A stretch of DNA of 64,000 bases from an uncultured virus (IMG/VR IMGVR_UViG_3300017783_003463) (lineage: Duplodnaviria > Heunggongvirae > Uroviricota > Caudoviricetes). This document shows positions 10,002-20,191 of this stretch, piece by piece. The translations under genes and the position numbers were made by a program. Numbering within the stretch: the stretch's first letter is position 1; every line of letters begins with the position of its first letter. The notes below the pieces were generated by a model. The model was not told the origin of the DNA. It saw only the letters and a program-made list of their open reading frames with translations, and did not search any database. The stretch is from positions 1 to 64,000 of the IMG/VR virus record IMGVR_UViG_3300017783_003463; one strand, 5' to 3'.

Positions 10002-11433
10002 ATAATCCTAGTTCGTCAGCTTCAAAGTTTTCCGGCTTGGGAGACCATATTCCTATTAGTGCATTTTTATATTGCCAATAGCTCTGAGGACGCATGTCCC
10101 ATATTCTCCATTTACCCTTTCTTGCAAGATCCAGTTGTGGTTGATCTAATGTTTCATGCGAGTATATGTCAGGAGTGCAACACATTTCTTCACTAACTAA
10201 AATTCCTCTTTGTGGATTCATTAGGTTCTTTACAGCATGTAATTTCTTCCATGCTGTGACTCCGTGTGTTGCATCATGTATTGCAAAATCTACCGGACCA
10301 TACTTGTTCATTAACTGTTTACAAGTATTAGGTGAATAGCAATTTACACCAAGCTCTAGTTTTACTCCTTCAATTTTACTAGCAATTTTTAAATCTTCTA
10401 CTTGCTGTCTCTCTAGTGCATTTTCAGGTATACTAGTTGGTGTTAGTTTATCAACTCCGATTATAGTTGCTTGTGGAAATAATTTTTGTAAAAACTGTAA
10501 ATGTTCGCCTCTACCAATTCCAAGTTCAACAATAGTATAATTTTCATTTAATCCAAATATTTTATTTGTTCTTTTAAGATGTTTAACTATCAAATCATAT
10601 ACTGCACAGTATCTTCTTTGCATTCTGCGTTCAACACTTCTAGTAGTATTGTCTACCATATCAAATGCAATGCTACTATATGTTTCAAAGTCTACCGGAG
10701 TGCCTAGTAAAAAGTTGCTCTCATAATCTCCTTGCCCTAACTGTTGAACTTGTATTCTTCCATGGTGTCTCCCACTTAAGAAATGTCCTTTTGCAGTTCT
10801 AATCCAATCTCCGTAGTGTGTTGTATCTCTTTTTCCTTGTATAAAGTTATATGGAGGTACATGTTTAGTTTCAGTAACAAAGTTTTTCTCTTCATGCCTA
10901 GTTACATCAAACTCTTGTTCATCTTTATAAGTTGTAGTTCTACCACCTACTGCATTTACTATTGTGCCATCATCGAGTGTTCTACAACCTAAACCATCTA
11001 TGTTGCATTCTTCTAATCCACATGGTACATCATTTAGATACCACTGTCCTTCTCTTGGTTCAGCAATCATTCCATCTACACGACCTATAAACTTTACACC
11101 TTCGTGTACTGTTTCAAGTACACCGTAGCCGCAAGGTTTGTTATTACTAAACTGTCCATAATATCTTGCACCAGTGGGCCATACATGCACACCATATCCT
11201 TGTTTTTTATCCAACAAGTATTGTCCTACATAAGTTTCACCATGATCCCATTCTTTAGAGGCCATGCCAGTAACTTTACTGTGATCAAAATCAGCCGCAC
11301 ACTTGCCTGTCAATGGCAGATTATAAAATCCTAAGCCATGTTCAAACTGTGTTCCATGTCGGTCTTGCACGACTTGTCCTATGTATGTTCTAGATGGCTT
11401 ATAGTAGTCCCTCATGCAAAATGTTCCTTGCAA
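9982..11433 (-). CDS. MORN-repeat / class I SAM methyltransferase fusion
   Basis: GETYVGQYLLDKKQGYG, GARYYGQFSNNKPCGYG; VELGIGRG, GVD, IHDATH. Confidence 0.7.
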   Translation of the reverse strand: MQGTFCMRDYYKPSRTYIGQVVQDRHGTQFEHGLGFYNLPLTGKCAADFDHSKVTGMASKEWDHGETYVGQYLLDKKQGYGVHVWPTGARYYGQFSNNKPCGYGVLETVHEGVKFIGRVDGMIAEPREGQWYLNDVPCGLEECNIDGLGCRTLDDGTIVNAVGGRTTTYKDEQEFDVTRHEEKNFVTETKHVPPYNFIQGKRDTTHYGDWIRTAKGHFLSGRHHGRIQVQQLGQGDYESNFLLGTPVDFETYSSIAFDMVDNTTRSVERRMQRRYCAVYDLIVKHLKRTNKIFGLNENYTIVELGIGRGEHLQFLQKLFPQATIIGVDKLTPTSIPENALERQQVEDLKIASKIEGVKLELGVNCYSPNTCKQLMNKYGPVDFAIHDATHGVTAWKKLHAVKNLMNPQRGILVSEEMCCTPDIYSHETLDQPQLDLARKGKWRIWDMRPQSYWQYKNALIGIWSPKPENFEADELGLYEVGND

Positions 11434-12158
11434 TAATTGTAGAACTCTATGTCCTTTGTTGTTGTTTCTTTCACTAGTTGTTTCTCAACGTCTGTTAGTT
11501 CCTCATAATTTACATAGTCAATACCATGTTGACTTAAATTAAACTTTGTATTATGCTCATAGCTAATACTTAGATTGGGTTTCAGATCATACTGCTTGGC
11601 TACTTTATCAAACTGTTTTAAGTAATTATCCTCCATAAAGAACATATGATCTAGTTTTTGTATATTCTCAATAGCTTGATCATATAGTTCTTGTTCATAA
11701 ACGGTATCAATTTTCCTTCCGTAATCAATACGCAAACATTGTTCATTACTGAACTTCTGATATTGTGCATATACAGGAGTTGGATGTAATCTACTACAAT
11801 TAATAATCCAAGTTGTAAAGTCAATATCAGTAATACAACTATGCACGTTAATTATTTCTAACTTGAAATAATTGTATGCACTCATGATCCGTCTGACAGG
11901 ATCTCTTAGTATAGTAGCATACTTTACAGGATTTTGCAAGTGTTTATCTAAATCAAAGCTAACGCCATGTCCAATTATCAAACTAACCTTTTGATCTTTG
12001 CAATCTTCTATTAGAACTTTATACTGATTGGGTTGTCTAAAATTAAACACTAGTTCTTGAGCAACACGTTGATAAGCAAATGTACTATTTGTTCTATATC
12101 TGTTTACTAGAGTGGTTCCTCCATTTTTAAGTATATGAAATACTGCTAGTGTTTCCAT
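11412..12158 (-). CDS. Sulfotransferase family protein
   Basis: FHILKNGGTT (5'-PSB) and LRDPVRRIMSAYNY (3'-PB). Confidence 0.8.
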   Translation of the reverse strand: METLAVFHILKNGGTTLVNRYRTNSTFAYQRVAQELVFNFRQPNQYKVLIEDCKDQKVSLIIGHGVSFDLDKHLQNPVKYATILRDPVRRIMSAYNYFKLEIINVHSCITDIDFTTWIINCSRLHPTPVYAQYQKFSNEQCLRIDYGRKIDTVYEQELYDQAIENIQKLDHMFFMEDNYLKQFDKVAKQYDLKPNLSISYEHNTKFNLSQHGIDYVNYEELTDVEKQLVKETTTKDIEFYNYCKEHFA

Positions 12159-12982
12159 TTGTCTTCACACCTTTTGAAAAATTCTATGTCTGCTTGTAAA
12201 TCTAATTCAACAAGATATTTTAAGTCTTCGTCTAGTTGATGATACTTAACATATTCTAAATTGTGTTTGCTTAAATCATGGCTTGTTTCATTTGTATAAA
12301 TCATTTCTTCCCATGCATCTAAATCTAATTTATAGTGTGCTAGTAAATCGTCAAACCTTTCAACTATGTCGTCTTCTTGGAAAAACACATGATCCATTTT
12401 ACTCATTACTCTTTCCCAAGTGATATTCATATTGTGTGTTTCAATTTGATTTTTTTCTTTTATCTTCTGCTGTATTTTTGCGTTGTCAACATAGCTTGTG
12501 TCTTTTTCAACGTCCCATGTAAGCACTGTGTTTAGATACATGTCGTTCATTGTAAACGTATTTTTTAACGTTCCGGCGTCGAACCAATCAGTGTGTTCTA
12601 CATGTTGATACAAATAGTATTCGTACTGTTTTGTAACTGGCATTGGACGTAGCACATCTTTGTTTATAAACCACATATAAAAATCAATGTCAGGACTGTC
12701 TGGGTTCATATACAGCATTTGTGTACGATAAAAATTGTACATGCTCATTATTCTACTGATAGGATCTCTCACACAAGTTATATAAACTAAGTTGTTAGAA
12801 AGTTTTTCTTCGTAGTATCCTATTTGTACACTGTGTCCAAAAACTACACTTGCTTGTTCTGTAACTTTATCACCAAGGTCAGTAATTCTAAAACTACTGT
12901 TGGTATTTCTGTATCTTTCTTTGAGTGTTGTTCCGCCTGTTTTAGGACAATGAGGAAAGATGATAATATTACTTTGATTCAT
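12146..12982 (-). CDS. Sulfotransferase family protein
   Basis: HCPKTGGTT and VRDPISRIMSMYNF. Confidence 0.82.
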   Translation of the reverse strand: MNQSNIIIFPHCPKTGGTTLKERYRNTNSSFRITDLGDKVTEQASVVFGHSVQIGYYEEKLSNNLVYITCVRDPISRIMSMYNFYRTQMLYMNPDSPDIDFYMWFINKDVLRPMPVTKQYEYYLYQHVEHTDWFDAGTLKNTFTMNDMYLNTVLTWDVEKDTSYVDNAKIQQKIKEKNQIETHNMNITWERVMSKMDHVFFQEDDIVERFDDLLAHYKLDLDAWEEMIYTNETSHDLSKHNLEYVKYHQLDEDLKYLVELDLQADIEFFKRCEDKWKH

Positions 12983-13526
12983 TGTACACTCCGGTTTGTA
13001 TTTTTCTTTTACACTTTCTTAAAAAATTATAATCTATACTGTTAGCTACTTGATAGTCTCCTCGTAGTGCAGTGTCGAGCTCATTACTTTCAAATCTAGT
13101 GTTAAAGTTCAAAAGTGGATAATCTGTTTTTAAATACTTGCTGAGTCTTTGTGAAAGAATTTCCAAAGTAAAATCATCATGATTCATAACTTGTTCTTTT
13201 GGATAAAGAGATCCTTTAGTAGGGTTCCATGTGATATAATTAATAAACCCTATAAATTTGTAATTTTTTTCTTCAATTTCTTTAGTTTCACTAGTGTGTA
13301 TATCTAAACTTGTAGTAATTACATTTCTTTCTTGAAACACTAACTCTTCAAAAGTTTTACCCTTAGAATCTCCTCCACTGTCTAAAAAATCCATTGTTTG
13401 TTCTATAGCTCTATCAAACGGATCTCTGAATATTAAAATGTCAGCATTTTCTGTTACTAGCTCTAAGTTGTATATGTTTGCAATCTGTTCATGCCAGCAG
13501 TTTGGAATATAATGTAATTTATTCAT
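12969..13526 (-). CDS. Degenerate sulfotransferase-like protein
   Basis: HYIP N-terminus, FRDPFDRAI, C-terminal NSIDYNF; KxGGT loop absent. Confidence 0.45.
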   Translation of the reverse strand: MNKLHYIPNCWHEQIANIYNLELVTENADILIFRDPFDRAIEQTMDFLDSGGDSKGKTFEELVFQERNVITTSLDIHTSETKEIEEKNYKFIGFINYITWNPTKGSLYPKEQVMNHDDFTLEILSQRLSKYLKTDYPLLNFNTRFESNELDTALRGDYQVANSIDYNFLRKCKRKIQTGVYNESK

Positions 13527-14560
13527 ACAGCTACCGCTTCTTTAAACTTGCTTAGTATCAAATCAGTATTGCAAAAACAACTTGTCTTTTCACATGTGTA
13601 TGCATAAGCAGGCATTCTAAAAGTCCTAAGATTCTCTATATGTCCAAGCCACCTTATAGTACCATTTTCATCTTTACCTTCAGGTAAACATGCGGCTCCA
13701 CTAATATATCCAAGTTCATTGACAAATAAACCATCTATACCAGCATTACACTTCCATCCTTTGAATTGATTTTTCTTTGAAGCATATAGTCCGTTTGTAT
13801 CTAATATAGTTTCTTCTTTGTATCTGCCATCAGCCATTTTATAAACTGCTGTAGCATCAATTGGCATACTGTACTGTTCAAAACTAACATCTGGGTTACC
13901 AGTTTTTCTTTTGAATGCTAGTTTCTCATCAATCTTTGCTTGCTGTTCTTTTGTGTATACATGTGGTCTTTCTTTCTCTGTTAACCAATCAGCAACAATA
14001 GGAACTTTCTCTACAAAAAACTGTCCCATATATGGTTGTGTTTTTAGTATTTCAAAAAACTCAATACACTTATCAAAGTATACTTGTTGTGGGTGCATCA
14101 TAATACGCACTCCTAATAGTGTATAAGGCCAAAGTGTATCAATAACTTTAACACAATGTTTTAAACTTGTTTTCTCACTGTGAAAACTAAAACTTACCCA
14201 ACGAAAACTTTCTTTGTGCTTTTCCCAAAATTTAAGACTTTTGCTTCCGTTTGTTGTCAATCCAATTTGTACCTTTTCTTCTACTAACCAGGTTAGGAAA
14301 TCATCGAATACAGGCAATGCTGTAGGTTCACCGCCAGTAAAACTTATAACAAGTTCTTCATCTTCATTGAGATAACTTTTAATTTTAGTTACAAATGCTT
14401 TGTATACTTCTAAGTCAAAAGCAGGACTACTACCTTCGTAATTGTAAGGGTGGCAGTATGCACAACTGAAATTACACTTGTTGGTCAAGTTCCAGTTTAC
14501 ATGAAAGTATTTGTTATACTTTTGTTTGATCTCAATAAGTTCTGCACTATCCGACAGCAT
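13523..14560 (-). CDS. Radical SAM protein with C-terminal auxiliary Cys domain
   Basis: CNFSCAYC, TGGEPT, TTNG; WKCNAG...AAC...CEKTSCFCNTD. Confidence 0.88.
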   Translation of the reverse strand: MLSDSAELIEIKQKYNKYFHVNWNLTNKCNFSCAYCHPYNYEGSSPAFDLEVYKAFVTKIKSYLNEDEELVISFTGGEPTALPVFDDFLTWLVEEKVQIGLTTNGSKSLKFWEKHKESFRWVSFSFHSEKTSLKHCVKVIDTLWPYTLLGVRIMMHPQQVYFDKCIEFFEILKTQPYMGQFFVEKVPIVADWLTEKERPHVYTKEQQAKIDEKLAFKRKTGNPDVSFEQYSMPIDATAVYKMADGRYKEETILDTNGLYASKKNQFKGWKCNAGIDGLFVNELGYISGAACLPEGKDENGTIRWLGHIENLRTFRMPAYAYTCEKTSCFCNTDLILSKFKEAVAV

Positions 14561-15590
14561 CTACTTTTCCCTCGGTAAGTTTATAGCCGCTAACTTGATT
14601 AAAGTCTGGATCTGGAACTATATCAAAACTTCCAACTTTTAACATTCCCCAGGTTAGCATATCAAATTTGTTACGAGTATCAGTCTTTTTAATTTTATAA
14701 CCACCCCAGTAGTTGTCTAAACTATAATTTAAATGATCTACTGCTTCTTCATGTGTTCTTGGATCGCCACACCAAAACATTAGTTGACTGGTGTAACAGC
14801 AACATTGTTCTAGTAAATCAAAACTACTACTGGTCATTTTGATAGCATTGTATTTGTCATCATCATACATTTCGATCATCACGTTATCATAATCGTACCC
14901 TATTTGTGTAGGATATAAAAATATCTCGCCTGGATTTCGTTCCATACTAAAACGATCAACCCATTCATCTTCTAAATAATGAAACTGTTCACCAAACTTC
15001 AATCCAAAATTTTGTAGATTTGTTTCTTGTGTAACAGTTGTTGTTACGTCTCTTAATACTTTGAGTGAATGGAAAATATCAACCAACTTTTCAATATGTC
15101 TCGTAAGTCCTTGGTCATTTAGAACACGATAGATTAGTATACATTGTGTTTGCATAGGATTAAGTATATCCTGGTGTACTATTAGCCCCCATTGGTGATC
15201 TATTTTTCCAGCATCCATTTTATACCATTCTTGTAATGGAATAAACTTTTGCAAAGTATTATCAATCTTAGTAAATGCTTGTCCACTACTCATTACGGTG
15301 TGTCCTAGTATGTCACTCAACGGTATGTTGTCAGTTTTGTATGCATCTGCAATTTCATTCCATTCTTCTATTTTATCATTGAGAGCAGGAATGATTTCGT
15401 ATAATCTTTCTAATGCTTGATGAACCAGATACACATTCCAATGTGTTATATATGGTTTACCGATAATATCTAACTCCAACTCAAACCAGTCTGCAAAGAT
15501 ATCGCATTTGATTAGTTGTTTTTCTTTTTTATCGTTTTGTAATTCAAGCTCAAACTTCATACTTGCTCCATAGTTTATAAAGCTCTGCAA
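14547..15590 (-). CDS. Hypothetical protein
   Basis: Long ORF within operon; no motif recognised. Confidence 0.6.
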   Translation of the reverse strand: MQSFINYGASMKFELELQNDKKEKQLIKCDIFADWFELELDIIGKPYITHWNVYLVHQALERLYEIIPALNDKIEEWNEIADAYKTDNIPLSDILGHTVMSSGQAFTKIDNTLQKFIPLQEWYKMDAGKIDHQWGLIVHQDILNPMQTQCILIYRVLNDQGLTRHIEKLVDIFHSLKVLRDVTTTVTQETNLQNFGLKFGEQFHYLEDEWVDRFSMERNPGEIFLYPTQIGYDYDNVMIEMYDDDKYNAIKMTSSSFDLLEQCCCYTSQLMFWCGDPRTHEEAVDHLNYSLDNYWGGYKIKKTDTRNKFDMLTWGMLKVGSFDIVPDPDFNQVSGYKLTEGKVDAVG

Positions 15591-16848
15591 AGTCAGAATT
15601 GAAGTCTGTTTTACGCATTGTATCTATACTGCGAATATATTTGTTGAGGGCGGGCCACTTGTCGCTCCAATCCTCGCTATTCATAAAGTTTGTCATATTC
15701 TTTAATTCTTGCACTTTATTCTTTTCTGGGTATTTCAGCATGAAGTTATCAATTTTTTCTGTTATAATTTGTTTCATTTCCTTAGGTAATACTTTAGCAC
15801 ACATGTACTGTGGATAGTGTAACACGCCAGGATGAAACATTCCTTGGTGATCATGTATTCCAATTTTTTTATAGTTTTGATCAAACAAAAACTGTGCAAA
15901 GTCTGGCAAATACCAAATGTTTAATGCACTTACAGTACACAATACTTTACCAACAATATGGTCAGCCGCGTTTTCTACTTTGTCCAGTGTTTCGTGTACA
16001 GTTTTCCAATTAGTTGGATAGCGTAACCATTTGTTCATTTCGCCTATGCCATCTATACTAAGCATAAGTTCTACAAACTTAAAGTGACCCCAAAGTTCTA
16101 ATATATCATCTGGCATAATAGTACCATTGGTATGATAGCGTAGTTCTATATGTTCAGCATGTCCACTTTCGACACATTTCTTTAAGAAACGTCTGTGGTT
16201 CTTTAAATATAAAGGCTCGCCGCCTGCAAATATAAAGTGACGCATTCCGGCTAACAATGGATCTATCTCTTGTTCCCAAAACTCATCATCAGCGGCCCAG
16301 TCATATTTGTTGTTGCAATGGTCTTGTATTTTCCAATCCCAGTCACCTTTTACTTCAGGATTGTCGTGACTTAGATCTCTAATCTTTTCTGCATCTTTGA
16401 CCCATTTACTAGAGTCAGTTGGTCTACACATAACACATTGTACATTACAAGTATTACCTAACCGTAAATCTAATGTAATAACATCTTGATCCAAACTGCC
16501 ATCTTCGTTAGTGCTGGCTATTAGTTCGTCAACATATTCTCTTGTTAATTTCTTTACCCATAGATTGTTTTCATTCATTCTATGACTACGAATACCTGCC
16601 GCTTCTTCTTTCCAGCAATGCATACATGCTTTTAGTGCTTTGCCGCTGAGCATATCTTTTCTAGCATTTTTCCAATAGTAACTGTTCCATACTGCATTTA
16701 TATCAGCATTGTTTAAGTTAATACGTTGGTCTTGTGTAGGCTGAGCTAGACAGCAAAGCAAAGCTGTGCCGTCTGTATAAGTTGCCATGTGCATCCATGG
16801 AAGAATACAAAATTTCTTTCCATAGTCTTCCAAAAAATCTTGTGCCAT
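15550..16848 (-). CDS. Radical SAM protein with N-terminal twitch/SPASM domain
   Basis: FCILPW...LCC...CMHC; CNVQCVMC; AGGEPL; HTNG; SIDG. Confidence 0.9.
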   Translation of the reverse strand: MAQDFLEDYGKKFCILPWMHMATYTDGTALLCCLAQPTQDQRINLNNADINAVWNSYYWKNARKDMLSGKALKACMHCWKEEAAGIRSHRMNENNLWVKKLTREYVDELIASTNEDGSLDQDVITLDLRLGNTCNVQCVMCRPTDSSKWVKDAEKIRDLSHDNPEVKGDWDWKIQDHCNNKYDWAADDEFWEQEIDPLLAGMRHFIFAGGEPLYLKNHRRFLKKCVESGHAEHIELRYHTNGTIMPDDILELWGHFKFVELMLSIDGIGEMNKWLRYPTNWKTVHETLDKVENAADHIVGKVLCTVSALNIWYLPDFAQFLFDQNYKKIGIHDHQGMFHPGVLHYPQYMCAKVLPKEMKQIITEKIDNFMLKYPEKNKVQELKNMTNFMNSEDWSDKWPALNKYIRSIDTMRKTDFNSDFAELYKLWSKYEV

Positions 16849-18200
16849 TATTCTACCAACTTTCTAACATTTTGATACAAGTCATCATCAACAATACTAA
16901 AGTTGGTATTACGCTGTCTGTCCCATACTTCTGTCATCTTCACAAAGTCTTGTAATTGTTCTTTCCAATTATCTAACTGTGGTTGTTCCAAATATCCTAC
17001 GATACCATCTACACTATTCTTAATTAACCAGTTCTTCTCATATAATATATTACACTGTTCTTTAAATTCAAGCAATCTATTTTTTGCATTCTGTCTCATT
17101 TCAACAGGAAGATTTCTCACATCTAAATACGGAGGATGTGTATTAATTAATATGTCAACACCAATACTTTTCCATTCTATTTCTGGCTTTCCTGCATAAA
17201 ATTCTTCGCCTAACTCGTGTGCAAGCCATAGTATTTCGTGTATTCGATTTATGTTGTAGATTTGTAGTACAGGACTTATATTGCTAGAAACGTTTGGTAA
17301 ACTTAATATGCTTCTATAGTTTCTAAGTATAATGTCCCAACTCTTAGTGCCTCGTATAAATTCATTTACAACGCCTACACCATCTAAACTAGCATTGATG
17401 TCTACACTTTCAAATTTACCAATACTATCCAAAAACTTTTGATTAGCATTTGTACAGTTGGTATTCATAAACACATTAATATGTTTACTATGACCTTGTT
17501 CAGCGGCATAGTTTAAAAACTGCATGTTGTTTTGAATCATAGTTGGCTCACCACCTGTCATGTAAACTTTTCTTAGTTTAGGCATCCATTCGTATATGTC
17601 TTTCCAAAAATCATCAGCATCAAACTTTTCTCTGTATTCTTTGCTGTTGATCCAGTCTGGACGTTTGCCGTATGTTTTCTCTTGTATTCTGGTATAGTCC
17701 TCTTCAACATCTGTGAGCTTGGCATCTTCTTTAGCAATAGTACTACTGTTAAAACTGTTGCACATTCTACAACTAAGATTACACAAGTTACCCAAACGCA
17801 GGTCCAAGTAAAGAGGATCGTGTTCTGGTAATGCAAAGTCATTATTATAGCTTGCTTCAATGCGTTCATGAATAGCTTCTTCGCCTATACGGCGTTCCCA
17901 TTCCTCATTGTGCATTTGTCTGAAACTTTTTTTACCTACTTCTTCTTGCAGGTAACAGTGTTTACAACTACTAACTTGTTCTCCTTGAATCATAGTCATG
18001 CGTATATCACGCATGTCTTTATCATTCCATGCTTGCTTTAGTGTTGTACTATTGATATCTAAAATTTTGCCATCATCGCCACGTAGTACACTGGGTTTGG
18101 CAATACAGCAAAAGTCAATACTTCCACTGGTATTCACCATCATGCTTAACCAAGGGTAAACACAAAATGTTTCCCCGTACAATTCATCCCAGTCTGCCAT
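16848..18200 (-). CDS. Radical SAM protein with N-terminal twitch/SPASM domain (paralogue of 15550-16848)
   Basis: FCVYPW...FCC...CKHC; CNLSCRMC; TGGEPT; SLDG. Confidence 0.9.
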   Translation of the reverse strand: MADWDELYGETFCVYPWLSMMVNTSGSIDFCCIAKPSVLRGDDGKILDINSTTLKQAWNDKDMRDIRMTMIQGEQVSSCKHCYLQEEVGKKSFRQMHNEEWERRIGEEAIHERIEASYNNDFALPEHDPLYLDLRLGNLCNLSCRMCNSFNSSTIAKEDAKLTDVEEDYTRIQEKTYGKRPDWINSKEYREKFDADDFWKDIYEWMPKLRKVYMTGGEPTMIQNNMQFLNYAAEQGHSKHINVFMNTNCTNANQKFLDSIGKFESVDINASLDGVGVVNEFIRGTKSWDIILRNYRSILSLPNVSSNISPVLQIYNINRIHEILWLAHELGEEFYAGKPEIEWKSIGVDILINTHPPYLDVRNLPVEMRQNAKNRLLEFKEQCNILYEKNWLIKNSVDGIVGYLEQPQLDNWKEQLQDFVKMTEVWDRQRNTNFSIVDDDLYQNVRKLVE

Positions 18201-18202
18201 GC

Positions 18203-19180
18203 TTACTCAATACTATCATCGACTTGATCTTCTCTTACCATAGCACCTAGTCTGTGTGGATTTTTATAAACAGTTTTAAAGAATCTACTTCCGATATGAT
18301 CCATATCTGTAATTTCAAAATCTAACACACTCCTAAGTTCGTCACCTAGTTCTATAGTTTTAGCTTTGAGTTTATTCCAATCCCAACTTACACCAGTATT
18401 CACGCACATTTCTTTGCCGCCTTCAAATTGAGGGAACAGTTCTTCATTAAACATTTTGCTTAACCAATCAAAGTCTCTCACATTACGCCAATCCCATTTG
18501 CGTCTTTCTATGTTAGTCATGTGACAACCTAATCTAGCACCATATATTGCCCATAAACCATTTGTAGCATCTTCACCTACTGTCATCCACACCAACAGTC
18601 TTTTATAGTTCTCGTAATGTATTCTTTTGATATCAGCAGGATCAACTACATCACCGCCTTCTAATCCCATTTTTACACCTTCACGGAAACCTGCTCTCCA
18701 TGCCTGTAGTGGGCTACCATTATTAGCTACATCACAATAAACATTGTTCATCTGTATATAACGTATATTCCAACAAAAGTCAACTTGTGCCGCTTTGTCA
18801 CTTTCAGGAGCCGCTTCATGTGTACGCATTTTATTAACAACGTCTACGGGCCAGCACTTAATACCGCCATTTCCATATACCAATCCGTTTACTGCATTTT
18901 TTCCTGCCCAGCTAATTACATCAGTCGGAGTAACTCTATCCATGTTTAGTTCAGCATTAAAAAATTCTTCTCTTACAATATTATCTGCATCAATTGTAAT
19001 AAATCTATCCGTTTCAGCTATTGCCGCGGCGGCTTTGTGTGCGGCATCACTACCCCATACTCCGTGACTGCGTTTTGCCCACGGACATTTATCTTGTAAG
19101 TCTGCCCAATTTTGTTCTGCGTTAGGCTCGTCATAGCTGATATATATTATATCGAACTCTGTAACTGGCGTTAGTGTCAT
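18203..19180 (-). CDS. Putative GT-A fold glycosyltransferase-like protein
   Basis: ISYDEP, FITIDADN (DxD), YGNGGIK, AWRAGFREG. Confidence 0.55.
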   Translation of the reverse strand: MTLTPVTEFDIIYISYDEPNAEQNWADLQDKCPWAKRSHGVWGSDAAHKAAAAIAETDRFITIDADNIVREEFFNAELNMDRVTPTDVISWAGKNAVNGLVYGNGGIKCWPVDVVNKMRTHEAAPESDKAAQVDFCWNIRYIQMNNVYCDVANNGSPLQAWRAGFREGVKMGLEGGDVVDPADIKRIHYENYKRLLVWMTVGEDATNGLWAIYGARLGCHMTNIERRKWDWRNVRDFDWLSKMFNEELFPQFEGGKEMCVNTGVSWDWNKLKAKTIELGDELRSVLDFEITDMDHIGSRFFKTVYKNPHRLGAMVREDQVDDSIE

Positions 19181-19183
19181 AGT

Positions 19184-20191
19184 TTACTCCGGTTGGTTAA
19201 TGTAGTCGAATGTTAAGTCAACATTACTTTCTCTGCATAAAATTCCACATTTAGTTAAGTCTAAACCTGGGGTTGGTATTTCTAAAGTTCTATCCCATCC
19301 TATGCTATTTAATGGAAGAACAATATGATCTAGTAACTGACTTGGATTACGTGGATCTGTTATATACAGTCCTATATCAGTATATATTTTACTGTCCTGT
19401 GGATTTTGGAAATTACTTTTAATTTGTGTGACATCGCCTTTCTTAATTATTGTAAAGTCTGTTGCAACGTCTTGAGTTGGTTGAGTAGGTTTAGCAAATG
19501 ATCTTCTCCTACTGTATCTTGTTCTATAATCTATTCCTGTGAAGTTTGCTTTTCTCTGTAGTCTATAACTTTGAAATATTTTCTTAGTCATAACACTCAT
19601 TTCTCCTAGCCCACATATTCTTCGCAATGGCGCCATATCGAAAATCATATAACCTTCTTCGATCAGTTCTCCAGGATCAATCTCAATAGTTTTTACTAGA
19701 AAGTTTGGATCATTGTCTTTAATTAAAAAAAGTGTAATCGGATCGTATACTCCGTCTTGTTCAGGATTCAAACTTATATTTCTAAAAAAACGTTTACCTG
19801 TCATTCTATACAGTGTGTCTTGATTAAAGTTTACTTCCATTTTCCAACTGTTGATGTACAGTATAATATTGATATCAGCTTTAGTTTTTTGATTAAGTGG
19901 AACTACACTTAATCGTCTCTCAGCTTCTTTGATTCTCAAAACTGCTGACTTCTCAACTAGTTTTAGTTCATGATTAACATCGACTACTGCAAATTTTTTA
20001 GGGTCAACATGACCCATTAGTATTTGTCTAGCGTCATCACTATCTGTTACAATAAAAGGATTTTTTATTTGATCCTTTTCTCTATTTGTAACCGTGACTA
20101 CATCACCATTTTCGTCGTCATAATAAACACACCATTTAGGTGCAGGTTTATCGCTCTTGTAATCTCTGAGTAAGGTTGGTTCTGAAGACAT
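19184..20191 (-). CDS. Hypothetical protein
   Basis: 335 aa ORF in operon; no motif recognised. Confidence 0.6.
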   Translation of the reverse strand: MSSEPTLLRDYKSDKPAPKWCVYYDDENGDVVTVTNREKDQIKNPFIVTDSDDARQILMGHVDPKKFAVVDVNHELKLVEKSAVLRIKEAERRLSVVPLNQKTKADINIILYINSWKMEVNFNQDTLYRMTGKRFFRNISLNPEQDGVYDPITLFLIKDNDPNFLVKTIEIDPGELIEEGYMIFDMAPLRRICGLGEMSVMTKKIFQSYRLQRKANFTGIDYRTRYSRRRSFAKPTQPTQDVATDFTIIKKGDVTQIKSNFQNPQDSKIYTDIGLYITDPRNPSQLLDHIVLPLNSIGWDRTLEIPTPGLDLTKCGILCRESNVDLTFDYINQPE

